Positions 9,699 through 19,370 are shown, numbered from the stretch's first letter. The stretch: 24,000 nt of DNA from Halalkalibacillus halophilus DSM 18494 (GCF_000423105.1 NZ_AUHI01000004.1:362810-386809), one strand, 5' to 3'. Notes: generated by a model from the letters alone, not told the origin. Numbers and translations: made by a program.

Positions 9699-10319
9699 TT
9701 AATGAATGTCGCGGTATAAACCGACAACTTTACCTAATACCGTAACGTGATCTAAAATAATCGCTTCCATCGAAGGATTTTCAGGTTCTAAACGGTAGTG
9801 GTCTTCATCTTTAAAGAAGCGTTTGACAGTAGCTTCATCTTCTTCTGTCATTGCAACAACGATATCGCCATTGGAAGCTGTAGATTGCCTGCGAACAATG
9901 ACAAGGTCTTGATCAAGGATTCCAGCGTCGATCATACTCTGACCTTGTACAGATAAGACAAATACATCTTCTTCGGAAGTAGAAAACGTTTGAGGAAGAG
10001 GAATATATTCTTCAATGTTTTCTATCGCTGTTATTGGTTCACCAGCAGTAACTTTACCTATTAAAGGTGCGTACATAGCATTACGTTCACGAACGGTTTG
10101 GCTATCTGCAAAGGTAATTTCAATCGCTCTTGGTTTGGTTGGATCGCGACGAATAAATCCTTTTTCTTCTAAGCGAGATAAGTGTCCGTGTACAGTGGAG
10201 CTAGAAGCAAGCCCAACAGCAACAGCAATTTCACGCACAGATGGTGGATATCCTTTTTCTTTAACCTCTTGTTCAATAAAATCATAAATTTCTTTTTGTC
10301 TCTTTGATAATTTCTTCAT
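9699..10319 (-). CDS. lexA: SOS repressor LexA
   Basis: '[53 protein letters not shown]' HTH, cleavage region 'VTAGEPI', catalytic Ser 'GQSMIDAGI' and Lys 'EATVKRFF'. Start set at MKKLSKRQ (10319). Confidence 0.97.
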   Translation of the reverse strand: MKKLSKRQKEIYDFIEQEVKEKGYPPSVREIAVAVGLASSSTVHGHLSRLEEKGFIRRDPTKPRAIEITFADSQTVRERNAMYAPLIGKVTAGEPITAIENIEEYIPLPQTFSTSEEDVFVLSVQGQSMIDAGILDQDLVIVRRQSTASNGDIVVAMTEEDEATVKRFFKDEDHYRLEPENPSMEAIILDHVTVLGKVVGLYRDIH

Positions 10320-10370
10320 TTTCTCACCCCGAGATTTTTGTGAATGTCCTATACCTGACATGAACTACCT

Positions 10371-10412
10371 ATAGTATAGCAAGTTTTATCCAAGAACACA
10401 AACGTTCGTTCG
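10371..10412 (-). promoter_or_regulatory. lexA promoter with autoregulatory SOS box
   Basis: Plus-strand CAAACGTTCGTTCG at 10399-10412 reads CGAACGAACGTTTG on the minus strand. It overlaps the -35 TTGTGT, which sits 17 nt from TATACT. Confidence 0.85.
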
Positions 10413-10429
10413 TATTTTATTCAGATTTC

Positions 10430-10458
10430 TTGTTTTCATATACTGTAGACGATAAAAT
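10430..10458 (+). promoter_or_regulatory. Candidate sigma-A promoter for the DUF896 gene
   Basis: TTGTTT (10430-10435), 17-nt spacer, TAAAAT (10453-10458). Confidence 0.5.
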
Positions 10459-10513
10459 GATAAAAGTGGATTGAAAAATATAATGAAAATTATTTAAGTA
10501 AAGGAGTATGAAA

Positions 10514-10747
10514 ATGTTATCAGAAGAAGAAATTAAACGTATAAATGAGCTTGCTAACAAGAAAAAAACAGAGGGCTTAACAGATAAAGAACAAAAAGAA
10601 CAAAAGAAACTACGGGAAGAATACTTGCAATCGTTTCGAAGTTCATTCAAAAATCAGTTACAGTCGATGAAAGTTGTCGACCCAGAAGGAACAGATGTTA
10701 CTCCAGAAAAGCTTAAAAAAGAACAAGAAAATAATAAAAAACACTAA
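10514..10747 (+). CDS. ynzC: DUF896 / YnzC-like protein
   Basis: 'MLSEEEIKRINELANKKKTEGLTDKEQKEQKKLREEYLQSFRSSFKNQL' is typical of DUF896. AAGGAG upstream. Positioned between lexA and tkt as in B. subtilis. Confidence 0.9.
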   Translation: MLSEEEIKRINELANKKKTEGLTDKEQKEQKKLREEYLQSFRSSFKNQLQSMKVVDPEGTDVTPEKLKKEQENNKKH

Positions 10748-10751
10748 TTTT

Positions 10752-10767
10752 TGCCGTTTTCTCGGCA
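10752..10767 (+). terminator. Short terminator-like hairpin between ynzC-like gene and tkt
   Basis: TGCCG (10752-10756) / CGGCA (10763-10767) followed by TATTTTTG. Confidence 0.6.
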
Positions 10768-10834
10768 TATTTTTGTTATAATTTAAAAATGTGAACGCAA
10801 TAAATCGTGATTAACGAAGGGAGTAATAAAATTA

Positions 10835-12844
10835 ATGAGTAAAGAAACAGAAAAGCTATCAATTAATACGATACGAACATTAACAATTGACGCAGTAGAA
10901 AAAGCGAGTTCAGGTCACCCAGGTATGCCGATGGGGGCTGCTCCAATGGCTTACACATTATGGACCAAATTGATGGATCATAACCCGCAGAATTCAAATT
11001 GGTTTGACAGAGACCGCTTTGTTTTATCAGCTGGACATGGTTCCATGCTACTTTATTCATTATTACATTTATCGGGATACAAAGTATCAATCGATGATTT
11101 AAAGAATTTCCGCCAATGGGGTTCTAATACTCCAGGTCATCCGGAGTTTGGCCATACTGACGGTGTGGAGGCAACAACGGGTCCACTTGGCCAAGGGTTA
11201 TCAATGGCTACTGGAATGGCAATGGCAGAGAGCTTCTTAGCAGGGAAATTTAATCGACCTAATTATGATGTTATCGATCATTACACATATGCTATATGTG
11301 GTGATGGGGACTTAATGGAAGGTGTTTCTCAAGAATCCGCTTCTCTAGCAGGCCATTTAAAACTTGGGAAATTAATCGTCATGTATGATTCGAATGATAT
11401 TTCGTTAGATGGTGATTTAGATCGATCCTTCTCTGAAAGTGTAGAAGATCGTTATAAGGCTTACGGCTGGCAAGTAATTCGTGTAGAAGACGGAAATGAT
11501 ACAGTGGCAATTGAAAAAGCATTAGAAGATGCACGAGCGAATAAAGAACAACCGACAATGATCGAAGTGAAAACTGTTATTGGTTACGGAGCGCCGAACA
11601 AATCTGGTAAGGCAGATGCACACGGAGCACCGTTAGGCCATGAAGAGTTAAAAGCAGCGAAAGAACATTATGGATGGAACTATGAAGATGATTTCCATGT
11701 TCCAGATGAAGTGTATAAAGACTTTAAAGAAAATGTACAAAAGCGCGGAAAGCAATCCGAAGATGAGTGGAATCAATTGTTTAATCAATTTAAACAAGAA
11801 TTCCCTGAATTAGCAGAAGAGTTAGAACAAGCAATTAAAGGGGATTTACCACAAGGGTGGAATGCAGACTTACCTACGTATGATGAGCATTCTAAAGCAC
11901 TTGCAACACGTGCTGCATCAGGCGAAGTGATGAATGCAATCTCAGAAAAAGTTCCACAATTCTTTGGTGGAAGCTCAGATTTAGCTGGTTCGAATAAGAC
12001 AACGATTAAAAATGAGGAAGACTTTAAAGCGCCAGATTACAGTGGCAGAAATGTTTGGTTTGGTGTTCGTGAATTTGCAATGGCATGTGCATTAAACGGA
12101 ATGGCGCTTCATGGAGGTCTTAAAGTTTACGGAGGAACGTTCTTCGTATTCAGTGACTATCTACGTCCCGCATTACGTTTATCAGCTTTAATGGGAGTTC
12201 CTGTAACGTATGTATTTACTCACGATTCCGTCGCAGTTGGGGAAGATGGGCCAACACATGAGCCGATTGAACAATTACCTGCCTTACGTGCAATGCCAGG
12301 ATTATCTGTTGTGCGTCCTGGTGATGCAAATGAAACGAAGGCTGCATGGGAGTTGGCTCTAGAAGCTACGAATCATCCAACTGCACTCGTTCTTACGCGC
12401 CAAGGATTACCGGTATTAGCTGGAACGAATGAAAAAGCAAGAGAAGGTGTGGAACGCGGGGCTTATGTTTTACGTGAAGCAGAGAAATCAGAAGCAGACG
12501 TTTTATTACTTGCTTCAGGTTCTGAAGTACAGTTAATTACAAAAGCGGCAGAAGAACTTGAGAAAGAAAATATCTCAGCTAGAGTAATTAGCATGCCTTC
12601 ATGGGATCGTTTCAAATTACAATCTGATGCATACAAAGAAGAAGTGTTACCACAAAATGTAACGAAGCGACTAGCAGTAGAGATGGCTTCTCCATTTGGT
12701 TGGGAACGTTATGTAGGCATTGATGGTGATGTATTAGGAATTGATACATTTGGAGCGTCTGCACCAGGAGATAAAGTAATTGAAGAGTATGGCTTTACTG
12801 TAGAAAACGTGGTTAGCAGAGTAAAAGTGTTATTAAATAAATAA
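10835..12844 (+). CDS. tkt: Transketolase
   Basis: 669 aa; '[16 protein letters not shown]', TPP motif '[12 protein letters not shown]', '[20 protein letters not shown]'. Confidence 0.98.
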   Translation: MSKETEKLSINTIRTLTIDAVEKASSGHPGMPMGAAPMAYTLWTKLMDHNPQNSNWFDRDRFVLSAGHGSMLLYSLLHLSGYKVSIDDLKNFRQWGSNTPGHPEFGHTDGVEATTGPLGQGLSMATGMAMAESFLAGKFNRPNYDVIDHYTYAICGDGDLMEGVSQESASLAGHLKLGKLIVMYDSNDISLDGDLDRSFSESVEDRYKAYGWQVIRVEDGNDTVAIEKALEDARANKEQPTMIEVKTVIGYGAPNKSGKADAHGAPLGHEELKAAKEHYGWNYEDDFHVPDEVYKDFKENVQKRGKQSEDEWNQLFNQFKQEFPELAEELEQAIKGDLPQGWNADLPTYDEHSKALATRAASGEVMNAISEKVPQFFGGSSDLAGSNKTTIKNEEDFKAPDYSGRNVWFGVREFAMACALNGMALHGGLKVYGGTFFVFSDYLRPALRLSALMGVPVTYVFTHDSVAVGEDGPTHEPIEQLPALRAMPGLSVVRPGDANETKAAWELALEATNHPTALVLTRQGLPVLAGTNEKAREGVERGAYVLREAEKSEADVLLLASGSEVQLITKAAEELEKENISARVISMPSWDRFKLQSDAYKEEVLPQNVTKRLAVEMASPFGWERYVGIDGDVLGIDTFGASAPGDKVIEEYGFTVENVVSRVKVLLNK

Positions 12845-12934
12845 TTTTCTACAAACTTTTTAAATAAATAACAAATAATGCGACAAACTTTTCTAAGGAA
12901 TGTTGGTAAGCTTGGCCTAAAGGGAGGTCAAGCC

Positions 12935-13372
12935 ATGTACCAATATTCCTTATTTTTCTTTAAACCAAATTATGGAGAACATTTTTATTTTAAAGTAAGT
13001 TTATTATACAAACTACTCAAAAAGTACAAAATGCAAAGTCTTCAGGATGGCATAACAACGAAACAGATAAAATACGCATTAGAGGAAGTAAAGCTTGAAC
13101 AACTTTTTTCGTATTTAAAAAATAGTACAACCGCAAATGTAAACTGGATCGACGAAGAAACTTTTGAAATGCAATCGGGTAACAAAAGAATTATCGTTAA
13201 AAAAAGTTCGAACGGGTTAGAATTGTATGCTACATCCTTGATTGAATTAGAAACGTTATTACTTAAATACTTAAAGAAATACCACGAGTACATCTTTGTT
13301 TTAAATGAAACATCAGTAGAATTTGGATGGGTTCGTCCTTATAAGAGGAAAAAACTACTTAATCATGGTTAA
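12935..13372 (+). CDS. sirA: Sporulation inhibitor of replication SirA (YneE-like)
   Basis: 'MYQYSLFFFKPNYGEHFYFKVSLLYKLLKKY' N-terminus with GGGAGG upstream of ATG 12935. Lies between tkt and yneF. Confidence 0.85.
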   Translation: MYQYSLFFFKPNYGEHFYFKVSLLYKLLKKYKMQSLQDGITTKQIKYALEEVKLEQLFSYLKNSTTANVNWIDEETFEMQSGNKRIIVKKSSNGLELYATSLIELETLLLKYLKKYHEYIFVLNETSVEFGWVRPYKRKKLLNHG

Positions 13373-13441
13373 TTACTATTGTTTTTCTAGATTTGTTTTA
13401 CTATACTGTATAGAGACAACGAAATAGGAGGATCTAGAAGC

Positions 13442-13675
13442 ATGGGCACAATATGGGTAGTTTTAATTGCTCTTGCAGCATTGGTTGTAGGTGTATTACT
13501 TGGTTTCCTTATCGCTAGAAAAACGATGATGAATTACCTGAAAAAGAACCCGCCAATTAATGAGCAAATGTTACGTACAATGATGATGCAAATGGGTCAA
13601 AAGCCATCTCAGAAAAAGATTAATCAAATGATGCGCGCAATGACTCAACAAATGGATAGTAAAGATAAAAAATAA
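13442..13675 (+). CDS. yneF: YneF-like small membrane protein
   Basis: N-terminal TM '[26 protein letters not shown]' followed by '[36 protein letters not shown]'. Confidence 0.93.
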   Translation: MGTIWVVLIALAALVVGVLLGFLIARKTMMNYLKKNPPINEQMLRTMMMQMGQKPSQKKINQMMRAMTQQMDSKDKK

Positions 13676-13679
13676 AGGA

Positions 13680-13705
13680 ACGGAGAGCAGAAAGTGGCTC
13701 TCCGT
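13680..13705 (+). terminator. Intrinsic terminator after yneF
   Basis: ACGGAGAGC (13680-13688) / GCTCTCCGT (13697-13705) followed by TTTTTA-type tract. Confidence 0.88.
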
Positions 13706-13817
13706 TTTTATAATGTTTTCCTGCAGAATTCATAAAACTGTCAAGCAGTGTTAACATGAATATGGTAATTATCTGATAGGATAGGGGAAAGAACAGTAAA
13801 TTGTAGGAGTTGTTTCG

Positions 13818-14522
13818 ATGAATGAAGTGAATATTTTATTAGCATTTGGAGCAGGGTTCCTTTCATTTATATCTCCTTGTGTGTTACCACTATACCCGGT
13901 ATTTCTTTCGTATGTCACGGGTATGAGCGTAGATGAGTTGAAGAATGATAATGCGATGCTAAGAAAACGTAGCATGCTACATACTCTATTTTTCTTAATC
14001 GGATTCTCATCGATCTTTATCATGCTTGGTTTTTCTACCTATTATATTGGAGAAATGTTATATACCTATCGTGATTTGATTCGTCAAATTGGCGCAATTT
14101 TAATTATTTTCTTTGGGTTTGTTATGATTGGTGTATTTAATTTCGAATTTTTAATGAAAGAGAAGAAAGTAACTTTTAAAAACAGACCAACAGGCTATAT
14201 TGGTACTTTATTCATCGGTGCAGCTTTCTCCATGAGTTGGACACCATGTACGGGACCAATCTTAGCAGCAGTAATTAGTTTAGCAGCCGTTAATCCTGAA
14301 TCTGGAGTAATTATGATGACAGCATACTCTCTAGGTTTTTCAATTCCTTTCTTTGTCATGTCCTTCTTCATCGGGAAAATGGATTGGATTAAAAGAAATT
14401 CACAGCGCATTGTAACGATTGGTGGTTACATTTTAATTGTATTAGGTGTCGCATTATTCTTCGATTGGTTGCGAATTCTAACTGCATATTTGGCTAATTT
14501 CTTTGGTTTTACCGGCCTATAA
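13818..14522 (+). CDS. ccdA: Cytochrome c biogenesis thiol-disulfide transporter CcdA
   Basis: 'FLSFISPCVLPLYPVFLSYVTG' and 'GAAFSMSWTPCTGPILAAV' with the two TM cysteines in CcdA contexts. Confidence 0.95.
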   Translation: MNEVNILLAFGAGFLSFISPCVLPLYPVFLSYVTGMSVDELKNDNAMLRKRSMLHTLFFLIGFSSIFIMLGFSTYYIGEMLYTYRDLIRQIGAILIIFFGFVMIGVFNFEFLMKEKKVTFKNRPTGYIGTLFIGAAFSMSWTPCTGPILAAVISLAAVNPESGVIMMTAYSLGFSIPFFVMSFFIGKMDWIKRNSQRIVTIGGYILIVLGVALFFDWLRILTAYLANFFGFTGL

Positions 14523-14591
14523 GCATTGAATCCTCTATCTAATTCGCTTATAATTAATACCACAATTGTTTACAACTAAAAGGAGTATGAC

Positions 14592-15059
14592 ATGAAGAAA
14601 AATACGAATGACTTAATTCTTAAAACGTTGACACAATTAATAGCTTTCTTATTATTAGGCTTTTCTATTTACTTATTTTTCGCTGGTCATAATGCACCAG
14701 GTGGCGGGTTTATAGGTGGTTTAATGACAGCATCTGCTATTATTCTAATGTATATTACGTATGGTATCGAAAAAATCCAACAAATTTTGCCGATTAATTA
14801 CATTACGATGTTCATAGCCGGATTAATGATTGCGACACTATCTGGTGTAGGGGCAATCATGTTTGGAGTGCCCTTTTTATCACAAACTTTTGGGTATTTT
14901 GACATCCCGTTTTTCGGTGAAACAGAATTGGCTACTGCACTCATTTTTGACTTAGGAGTGTATCTAGCTGTAGTTGGGGTAACGATGACAATTATCTTAA
15001 CAATCGCAACGGATGCAACAGAAGATAATGAAATGAATGAGGAAAAGGTTGAGGCGTAA
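14592..15059 (+). CDS. MrpB/MnhB-domain protein (Na+/H+ antiporter subunit B-like), orphan
   Basis: 'NDLILKTLTQLIAFLLLGFSIYLFFAGHNAPGGGFIGGLMTASAIILMYITYGIEK' matches the MnhB-type core. No other mrp subunit genes lie nearby. Confidence 0.88.
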   Translation: MKKNTNDLILKTLTQLIAFLLLGFSIYLFFAGHNAPGGGFIGGLMTASAIILMYITYGIEKIQQILPINYITMFIAGLMIATLSGVGAIMFGVPFLSQTFGYFDIPFFGETELATALIFDLGVYLAVVGVTMTIILTIATDATEDNEMNEEKVEA

Positions 15060-15541
15060 TGAATGTTTTAGATCAACCATTGATCGCTGGGACTATAAGC
15101 GTGATTGCAGTTATTATGGCAATTGGTATGATCGTTATAAGGTCCCGTGCGGCTAAACGACCCGCATCTGTAAAGAAAATAATATTACCACCATTTTTTA
15201 TGAGTACAGGTGCACTTATGTTTTTATTTCCTTACTTCCAAATAAGTTGGTTACAAGTAATCGAAGCGATGATTGTTGGTGTTTTATTTTCCATTCTATT
15301 AATTTATACTTCTAATTTTGAAGTGAAGAAGAATGAAATATATTTAAAACCGTCGAAAGCACTAGCATTCATTTTAGTTGGCTTGCTAGTTATACGTGTG
15401 AGCTTTAAGTCCGTCTTGGGACAAGAAATATCGGTAGGGGAAACAAGCGCTATGTTCTTCTTATTAGCATTTGCGATGTTAGTGACTTGGAGAATAGCCA
15501 TGTTGATTAAATTTATGAAACTAAAAAATCAAATAGCATAA
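15059..15541 (+). CDS. ccdC: CcdC (YneJ-like) membrane protein
   Basis: 160 aa multi-TM protein with 'RPASVKKIILPPFFMSTGALMFLFPYFQ' and 'FEVKKNEIYLKPSKAL'. Start codon overlaps the previous stop (TAATG). Confidence 0.88.
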   Translation: MNVLDQPLIAGTISVIAVIMAIGMIVIRSRAAKRPASVKKIILPPFFMSTGALMFLFPYFQISWLQVIEAMIVGVLFSILLIYTSNFEVKKNEIYLKPSKALAFILVGLLVIRVSFKSVLGQEISVGETSAMFFLLAFAMLVTWRIAMLIKFMKLKNQIA

Positions 15542-15543
15542 AA

Positions 15544-15580
15544 AAAGCGGGTAAAAGTGTAAATCACTTCTACCCGCTTT
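15544..15580. terminator. Bidirectional terminator between ccdC and yneK-like gene
   Basis: AAAGCGGGTA-A-AAGTG (15544-15559) / CACTT-C-TACCCGCTTT (15565-15580), 5-nt loop, one A-C mismatch. It includes the minus-strand stop codon (15570-15572). Confidence 0.85.
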
Positions 15581-16007
15581 GTGGTTCTAATAGATGTTGA
15601 TATGGTGTAAAGTCAATGTTCTTCTCATTTAAACGTTTTATCAAAAATTTATGATCCCGCTTAGGTGTTGCAAGAATATATCCTTCAATGAGTAGTTCCA
15701 AGGTAATAGACTTTGCTTTTCTTTCTAATGCTAGTCGCCCAATTCTTGCTCCGATCTTTTGTTTGGCAACATCCCGAAAAATTTCTGGGACAGGCTCTAC
15801 CAATTCATTAAGTAACTGCTTTTTCTCGTCACTCCATAAATGAATAGTTTCTTCAATATAAAACTCTTCCCAGTCGATAATTGATTTTCCATCTTCTTTT
15901 GGTAGCTTTTTAAGAAACTTTCGAAACATAAAGTAGCCACCAATGGTAAGCAATCCTAACATAATAAATGACCAAATAACTAATAATATCGCAACGATTC
16001 CAGACAT
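15570..16007 (-). CDS. yneK: DUF2621 / YneK-like membrane-anchored protein
   Basis: 145 aa; N-terminal TM plus 'KKLPKEDGKSIIDWEEFYIEETIHLW', with conserved position after ccdC. Confidence 0.85.
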   Translation of the reverse strand: MSGIVAILLVIWSFIMLGLLTIGGYFMFRKFLKKLPKEDGKSIIDWEEFYIEETIHLWSDEKKQLLNELVEPVPEIFRDVAKQKIGARIGRLALERKAKSITLELLIEGYILATPKRDHKFLIKRLNEKNIDFTPYQHLLEPQSG

Positions 16008-16049
16008 CTTTTGTCATCCTCTATAATAAAAATCTCTTAAACATATAAA

Positions 16050-16146
16050 TGGCGGGACTGTGTGGGAATCGAACCCACCAGAGACAACACGTGCCTCTCG
16101 AGCGGTTTTGAAGACCGTGACACGCACCAGCTTTGCAACCAGCCCC
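16050..16146 (-). tRNA. selC: Selenocysteine tRNA, anticodon UCA, CCA-encoded (97 nt)
   Basis: Minus strand GGGGCTGGTTGC...CGGT-CTTCAAA-ACCG...GTGGG-TTCGATT-CCCAC-ACAGTCCC-G-CCA. Anticodon loop CU-UCA-AA. Extended variable arm AGAGGCA/UGUCUCU of 7 bp. T-arm GTGGG/CCCAC. Acceptor pairs over at least 7 positions. The gene is inside the sel gene cluster. Confidence 0.94.
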
Positions 16147-16164
16147 AAAATAATTTTCTAGTTT

Positions 16165-16193
16165 ATTATACAAGCTGAGAACGTCTGTAGCAA
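16165..16193 (-). promoter_or_regulatory. Promoter of selC
   Basis: Minus-strand TTGCTA (16188-16193), exact 17-nt spacer, TATAAT (16165-16170), ending 18 nt upstream of the tRNA 5' end. Confidence 0.82.
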
Positions 16194-16348
16194 CAAAGTT
16201 AACCACAATAATGTTCTTTATAAAGAATTATATCTGAAATTCCTTGGACATTTCGTATGAAATTGGATAAAATGGTTTTGAACTGTTATATTCTGTTAGG
16301 TTTATCATAAGATGATGATATATACGTTTTTGAGAGGAGTAATATCGA

Positions 16349-17434
16349 ATGGATAAATCGCTAACATTTATTGAGCCAAGGAGCGCAACAGATGAGCAGT
16401 CTTTCACTAGAATTAATGATGCTGCTAGTAAATGGATTGACAACTATTCGATGAACGTTCATGTCGTTTTCGATGACGATTTTAATATACATAGTGTCAG
16501 TGCATCTGTTAAAAGTTTATTTGGGTATACCCAAGAAGAGGTACTGAGTGCTTCGTTACTTTATTTTATTCATCCTAAACAGCATGAAGAATTAAAAGCA
16601 TTTGTACAGGGACTAGAGGAAAACAGTCGTCAGCGCATCGAGCTTCTTGTTAAAAATGCTAATAGTGAGTATATTCATTCTCAAAGCTATGCAGGAAAAA
16701 TTGTAGACCCTGAAACAGGAAAACCTTATTATGTAGCTGTAGCTCAAGATATATCAGATCAAAAGCAAGCTGCAGAAATGCTAGTCAGATCTGAGAAACT
16801 ATCAACAGCAGGGCAATTGTCTGCCTGTGTTGCACATGAAATAAGAAATCCGATCACTTCTTTAAAGGGTTTCCTTCAATTAATGGATACCAATATGAAG
16901 GGGAAAGAGGCATACCTAAAAATTATGAAAGATGAGATAGAAAAAATTGAAGCAATCTCATCTGAATTATTATATATTGCCAAACCTTCTACGAATACAT
17001 TCCAAGAAGATGATTTAATTATAATGCTTAAAGAAGTATGTACATTAATGCGCTCACAAGCACGAATAAATGATATCAAAATAAAGCAAGATTTTAATAT
17101 GAATCAATTCACACTACATTGTGATCGCTCGCATTTGAAACAGGTTTTTATTAATCTAATTAAAAATGCAATTGAAGCTATGGAAGACCCAGGCACAATA
17201 GAAGTAAATGTCTATTACAGTGACTATTTAACAATTGATGTAATAGATCAAGGTTGCGGGGTTCCTGATGAATTGAAAGCAAAATTAGGGCAACCTTTTC
17301 TAACCACTAAATCAAAAGGGACTGGGCTTGGATTAATGATTTCTAAAGATATTTTAAAGAAACATGATGCCACGATTCAAATAATCGACCATGAGCCAAC
17401 AGGAAGTATCTTTCGTGTTCAATTCTTAAAATAA
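16349..17434 (+). CDS. PAS-domain sensor histidine kinase (sporulation-kinase-like)
   Basis: PAS region 'FNIHSVSASVKSLFGYTQEEVLSASLLYFIHPKQHEEL', H-box 'AHEIRNPITSLKGFLQLM', N-box 'QVFINLIKNAIEAM', G-boxes 'DQGCGVP' and 'KGTGLGLMISKDI'. Confidence 0.94.
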   Translation: MDKSLTFIEPRSATDEQSFTRINDAASKWIDNYSMNVHVVFDDDFNIHSVSASVKSLFGYTQEEVLSASLLYFIHPKQHEELKAFVQGLEENSRQRIELLVKNANSEYIHSQSYAGKIVDPETGKPYYVAVAQDISDQKQAAEMLVRSEKLSTAGQLSACVAHEIRNPITSLKGFLQLMDTNMKGKEAYLKIMKDEIEKIEAISSELLYIAKPSTNTFQEDDLIIMLKEVCTLMRSQARINDIKIKQDFNMNQFTLHCDRSHLKQVFINLIKNAIEAMEDPGTIEVNVYYSDYLTIDVIDQGCGVPDELKAKLGQPFLTTKSKGTGLGLMISKDILKKHDATIQIIDHEPTGSIFRVQFLK

Positions 17435-17449
17435 TAGGCTGGTGTTAAA

Positions 17450-19327
17450 ATGTCTCAACGAAATTATACTATCGGTATGGCTGGCCATATAGATCATGGA
17501 AAAACGGAACTTACGAAGGCATTAACTGGGACAAACACAGACAGGTTGAAAGAAGAAAAAGAACGAAGAATATCTATAGAATTAGGGTATGCTCCGCTCC
17601 TCCAATCTGAGGAACAAACGATATCGATTATAGATGCTCCAGGACATGAAAAATTTATTCGTCAAATGATTGCAGGCGTCTATTCCGTTGATCTCGTTTT
17701 ATTAATTGTTGCTGCTGATGAAGGCGTGATGCCACAAACGAAAGAACATATGGAGATTTTACATTATCTCGGCATTGAGAATGTGTGGTTTGTGATCTCC
17801 AAGGTGGATACCGTAGAGGAAGAGATGCTTTCCATTGTAGAAGAAGATTTAAGAGAACATATGAAACAATCATATTATCATGATCAGGCGATTTTTCATG
17901 TGGACTCCGTTAGCTTCCAAGGAATAAAACAATTAAAAGATGCCATCACGCAACACCTAGAGAGTTCACCTGTAAAGGATCAGTTTGGCGAATTCAGACT
18001 TGCAGTTGATCAAGTTTTTTCTATCCATGGGACTGGTACTGTTGTGAGAGGCACTATAATGAGCGGGATTGTGCAAGAAGGCGAAGAGGTTCTACTTCTC
18101 CCTTCAAATAATAGAACTCAAGTTAAAACGATTAGACAGTTTTCAAACAATGTATCTCTTGCTAAGGCGGGAAGTAGGACTGCTCTATCGTTAAGAAACT
18201 TACAAGTGAATGAGATAAAAAGAGGGGAAGTAGTTACCTCTAATTTACAAGCACTTGCTACTAGACGAGTGGACTTGGAGTTAAGGGTTAGTCCGTATTT
18301 AGATAAATGGATTAAACAACGTTCACCTATTAAACTGCATGTTAACACTAGTGAAGCATATGGTAGAATTGTTTTTTTCGATAGGAATAGAGTAGAGGAG
18401 CCAGACGAACTTCTTTATGTTCAAGTTGAATTAGACGACCCAATATATGTCCATAAAGGGGATCGTTTTGTACTTCGAAGGGCAACTCCGGTTGAAACCA
18501 TTGGAGGCGGTCGTATTATAGTCCCACAAGCCTCGAAACATAAATTTGGGATGGATACAGTGGAATGGTTAAAAGAAAGGTCTGAAGCCTCCTTGGAGGA
18601 ACAAATACTATTGTTAATCGAAGAGGATCCGGGAATCGATTTTACCAAATTGAAAAGTCAATTCACCTCCTCTTTGTCAGAAGTAGAAGATAAGTTTCAT
18701 GAATTACAAAAAGAGAGAATCGTACAAATAGATTACAAATTATATACTGTTAATCAGGTGAAATATGCAGAAGATTCGTTAATTAGGACTTTAACAAAAT
18801 TCCATGAAAGTAACCCGATGAAAAAAGGATTAAATAAATCAGAAGTCATTCAATCATTACCTTATCAAACCAAACGTGAAATGACGTTACTTCACTACTT
18901 TATTGACCAAGAAGTTATTGAACAGTCGATGCATTATATTTACCTAAAAGGATTTTCACCTTATGTTCCAGACAACTTAAAGGAAATGGTAGATTCATAC
19001 TTGAACCAGTTGTATAAAGACAAATATGAGGTGAAGGAGTATAGCAATTACTTAACTGAGATGTCAGCTTCAGAGCAAGTAAATGTGATAAACTATTTAA
19101 TTGATCAGAGTCGAATTGAACCTCTAACCGACGAACTAATGATGGATTCTTCAAGGTTTAAAGAGAGTGTGGACCAACTAAAGGGAATTTCTGAAGAGTC
19201 ATTCTCTTTAAAAGAAGCGAAAGATGAATTGGGTCTATCAAGAAAGTATCTTATACCGTTACTAGAATTAATGGATCATAAAGGGATAACCATTCGACAG
19301 GAAAATGTACGTGTATGGAATTCGTAA
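17450..19327 (+). CDS. selB: Selenocysteine-specific translation elongation factor SelB
   Basis: 'TIGMAGHIDHGKTELTKALTGTNTDRLKEEKERRISIELGYAPL', 'IDAPGHEKFIRQM' and 'VISKVD', plus a long C-terminal region with winged-helix-like repeats. Confidence 0.96.
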   Translation: MSQRNYTIGMAGHIDHGKTELTKALTGTNTDRLKEEKERRISIELGYAPLLQSEEQTISIIDAPGHEKFIRQMIAGVYSVDLVLLIVAADEGVMPQTKEHMEILHYLGIENVWFVISKVDTVEEEMLSIVEEDLREHMKQSYYHDQAIFHVDSVSFQGIKQLKDAITQHLESSPVKDQFGEFRLAVDQVFSIHGTGTVVRGTIMSGIVQEGEEVLLLPSNNRTQVKTIRQFSNNVSLAKAGSRTALSLRNLQVNEIKRGEVVTSNLQALATRRVDLELRVSPYLDKWIKQRSPIKLHVNTSEAYGRIVFFDRNRVEEPDELLYVQVELDDPIYVHKGDRFVLRRATPVETIGGGRIIVPQASKHKFGMDTVEWLKERSEASLEEQILLLIEEDPGIDFTKLKSQFTSSLSEVEDKFHELQKERIVQIDYKLYTVNQVKYAEDSLIRTLTKFHESNPMKKGLNKSEVIQSLPYQTKREMTLLHYFIDQEVIEQSMHYIYLKGFSPYVPDNLKEMVDSYLNQLYKDKYEVKEYSNYLTEMSASEQVNVINYLIDQSRIEPLTDELMMDSSRFKESVDQLKGISEESFSLKEAKDELGLSRKYLIPLLELMDHKGITIRQENVRVWNS

Positions 19328-19370
19328 TTTATCTTTTAAAGTGAATGTATTCTGCGACGATCAAACAAAT

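Noticed and set aside
16228-16443. 71-aa minus-strand ORF upstream of and overlapping the kinase gene
   Set aside because: Mostly intergenic and antisense with no start-site context or recognisable domain.
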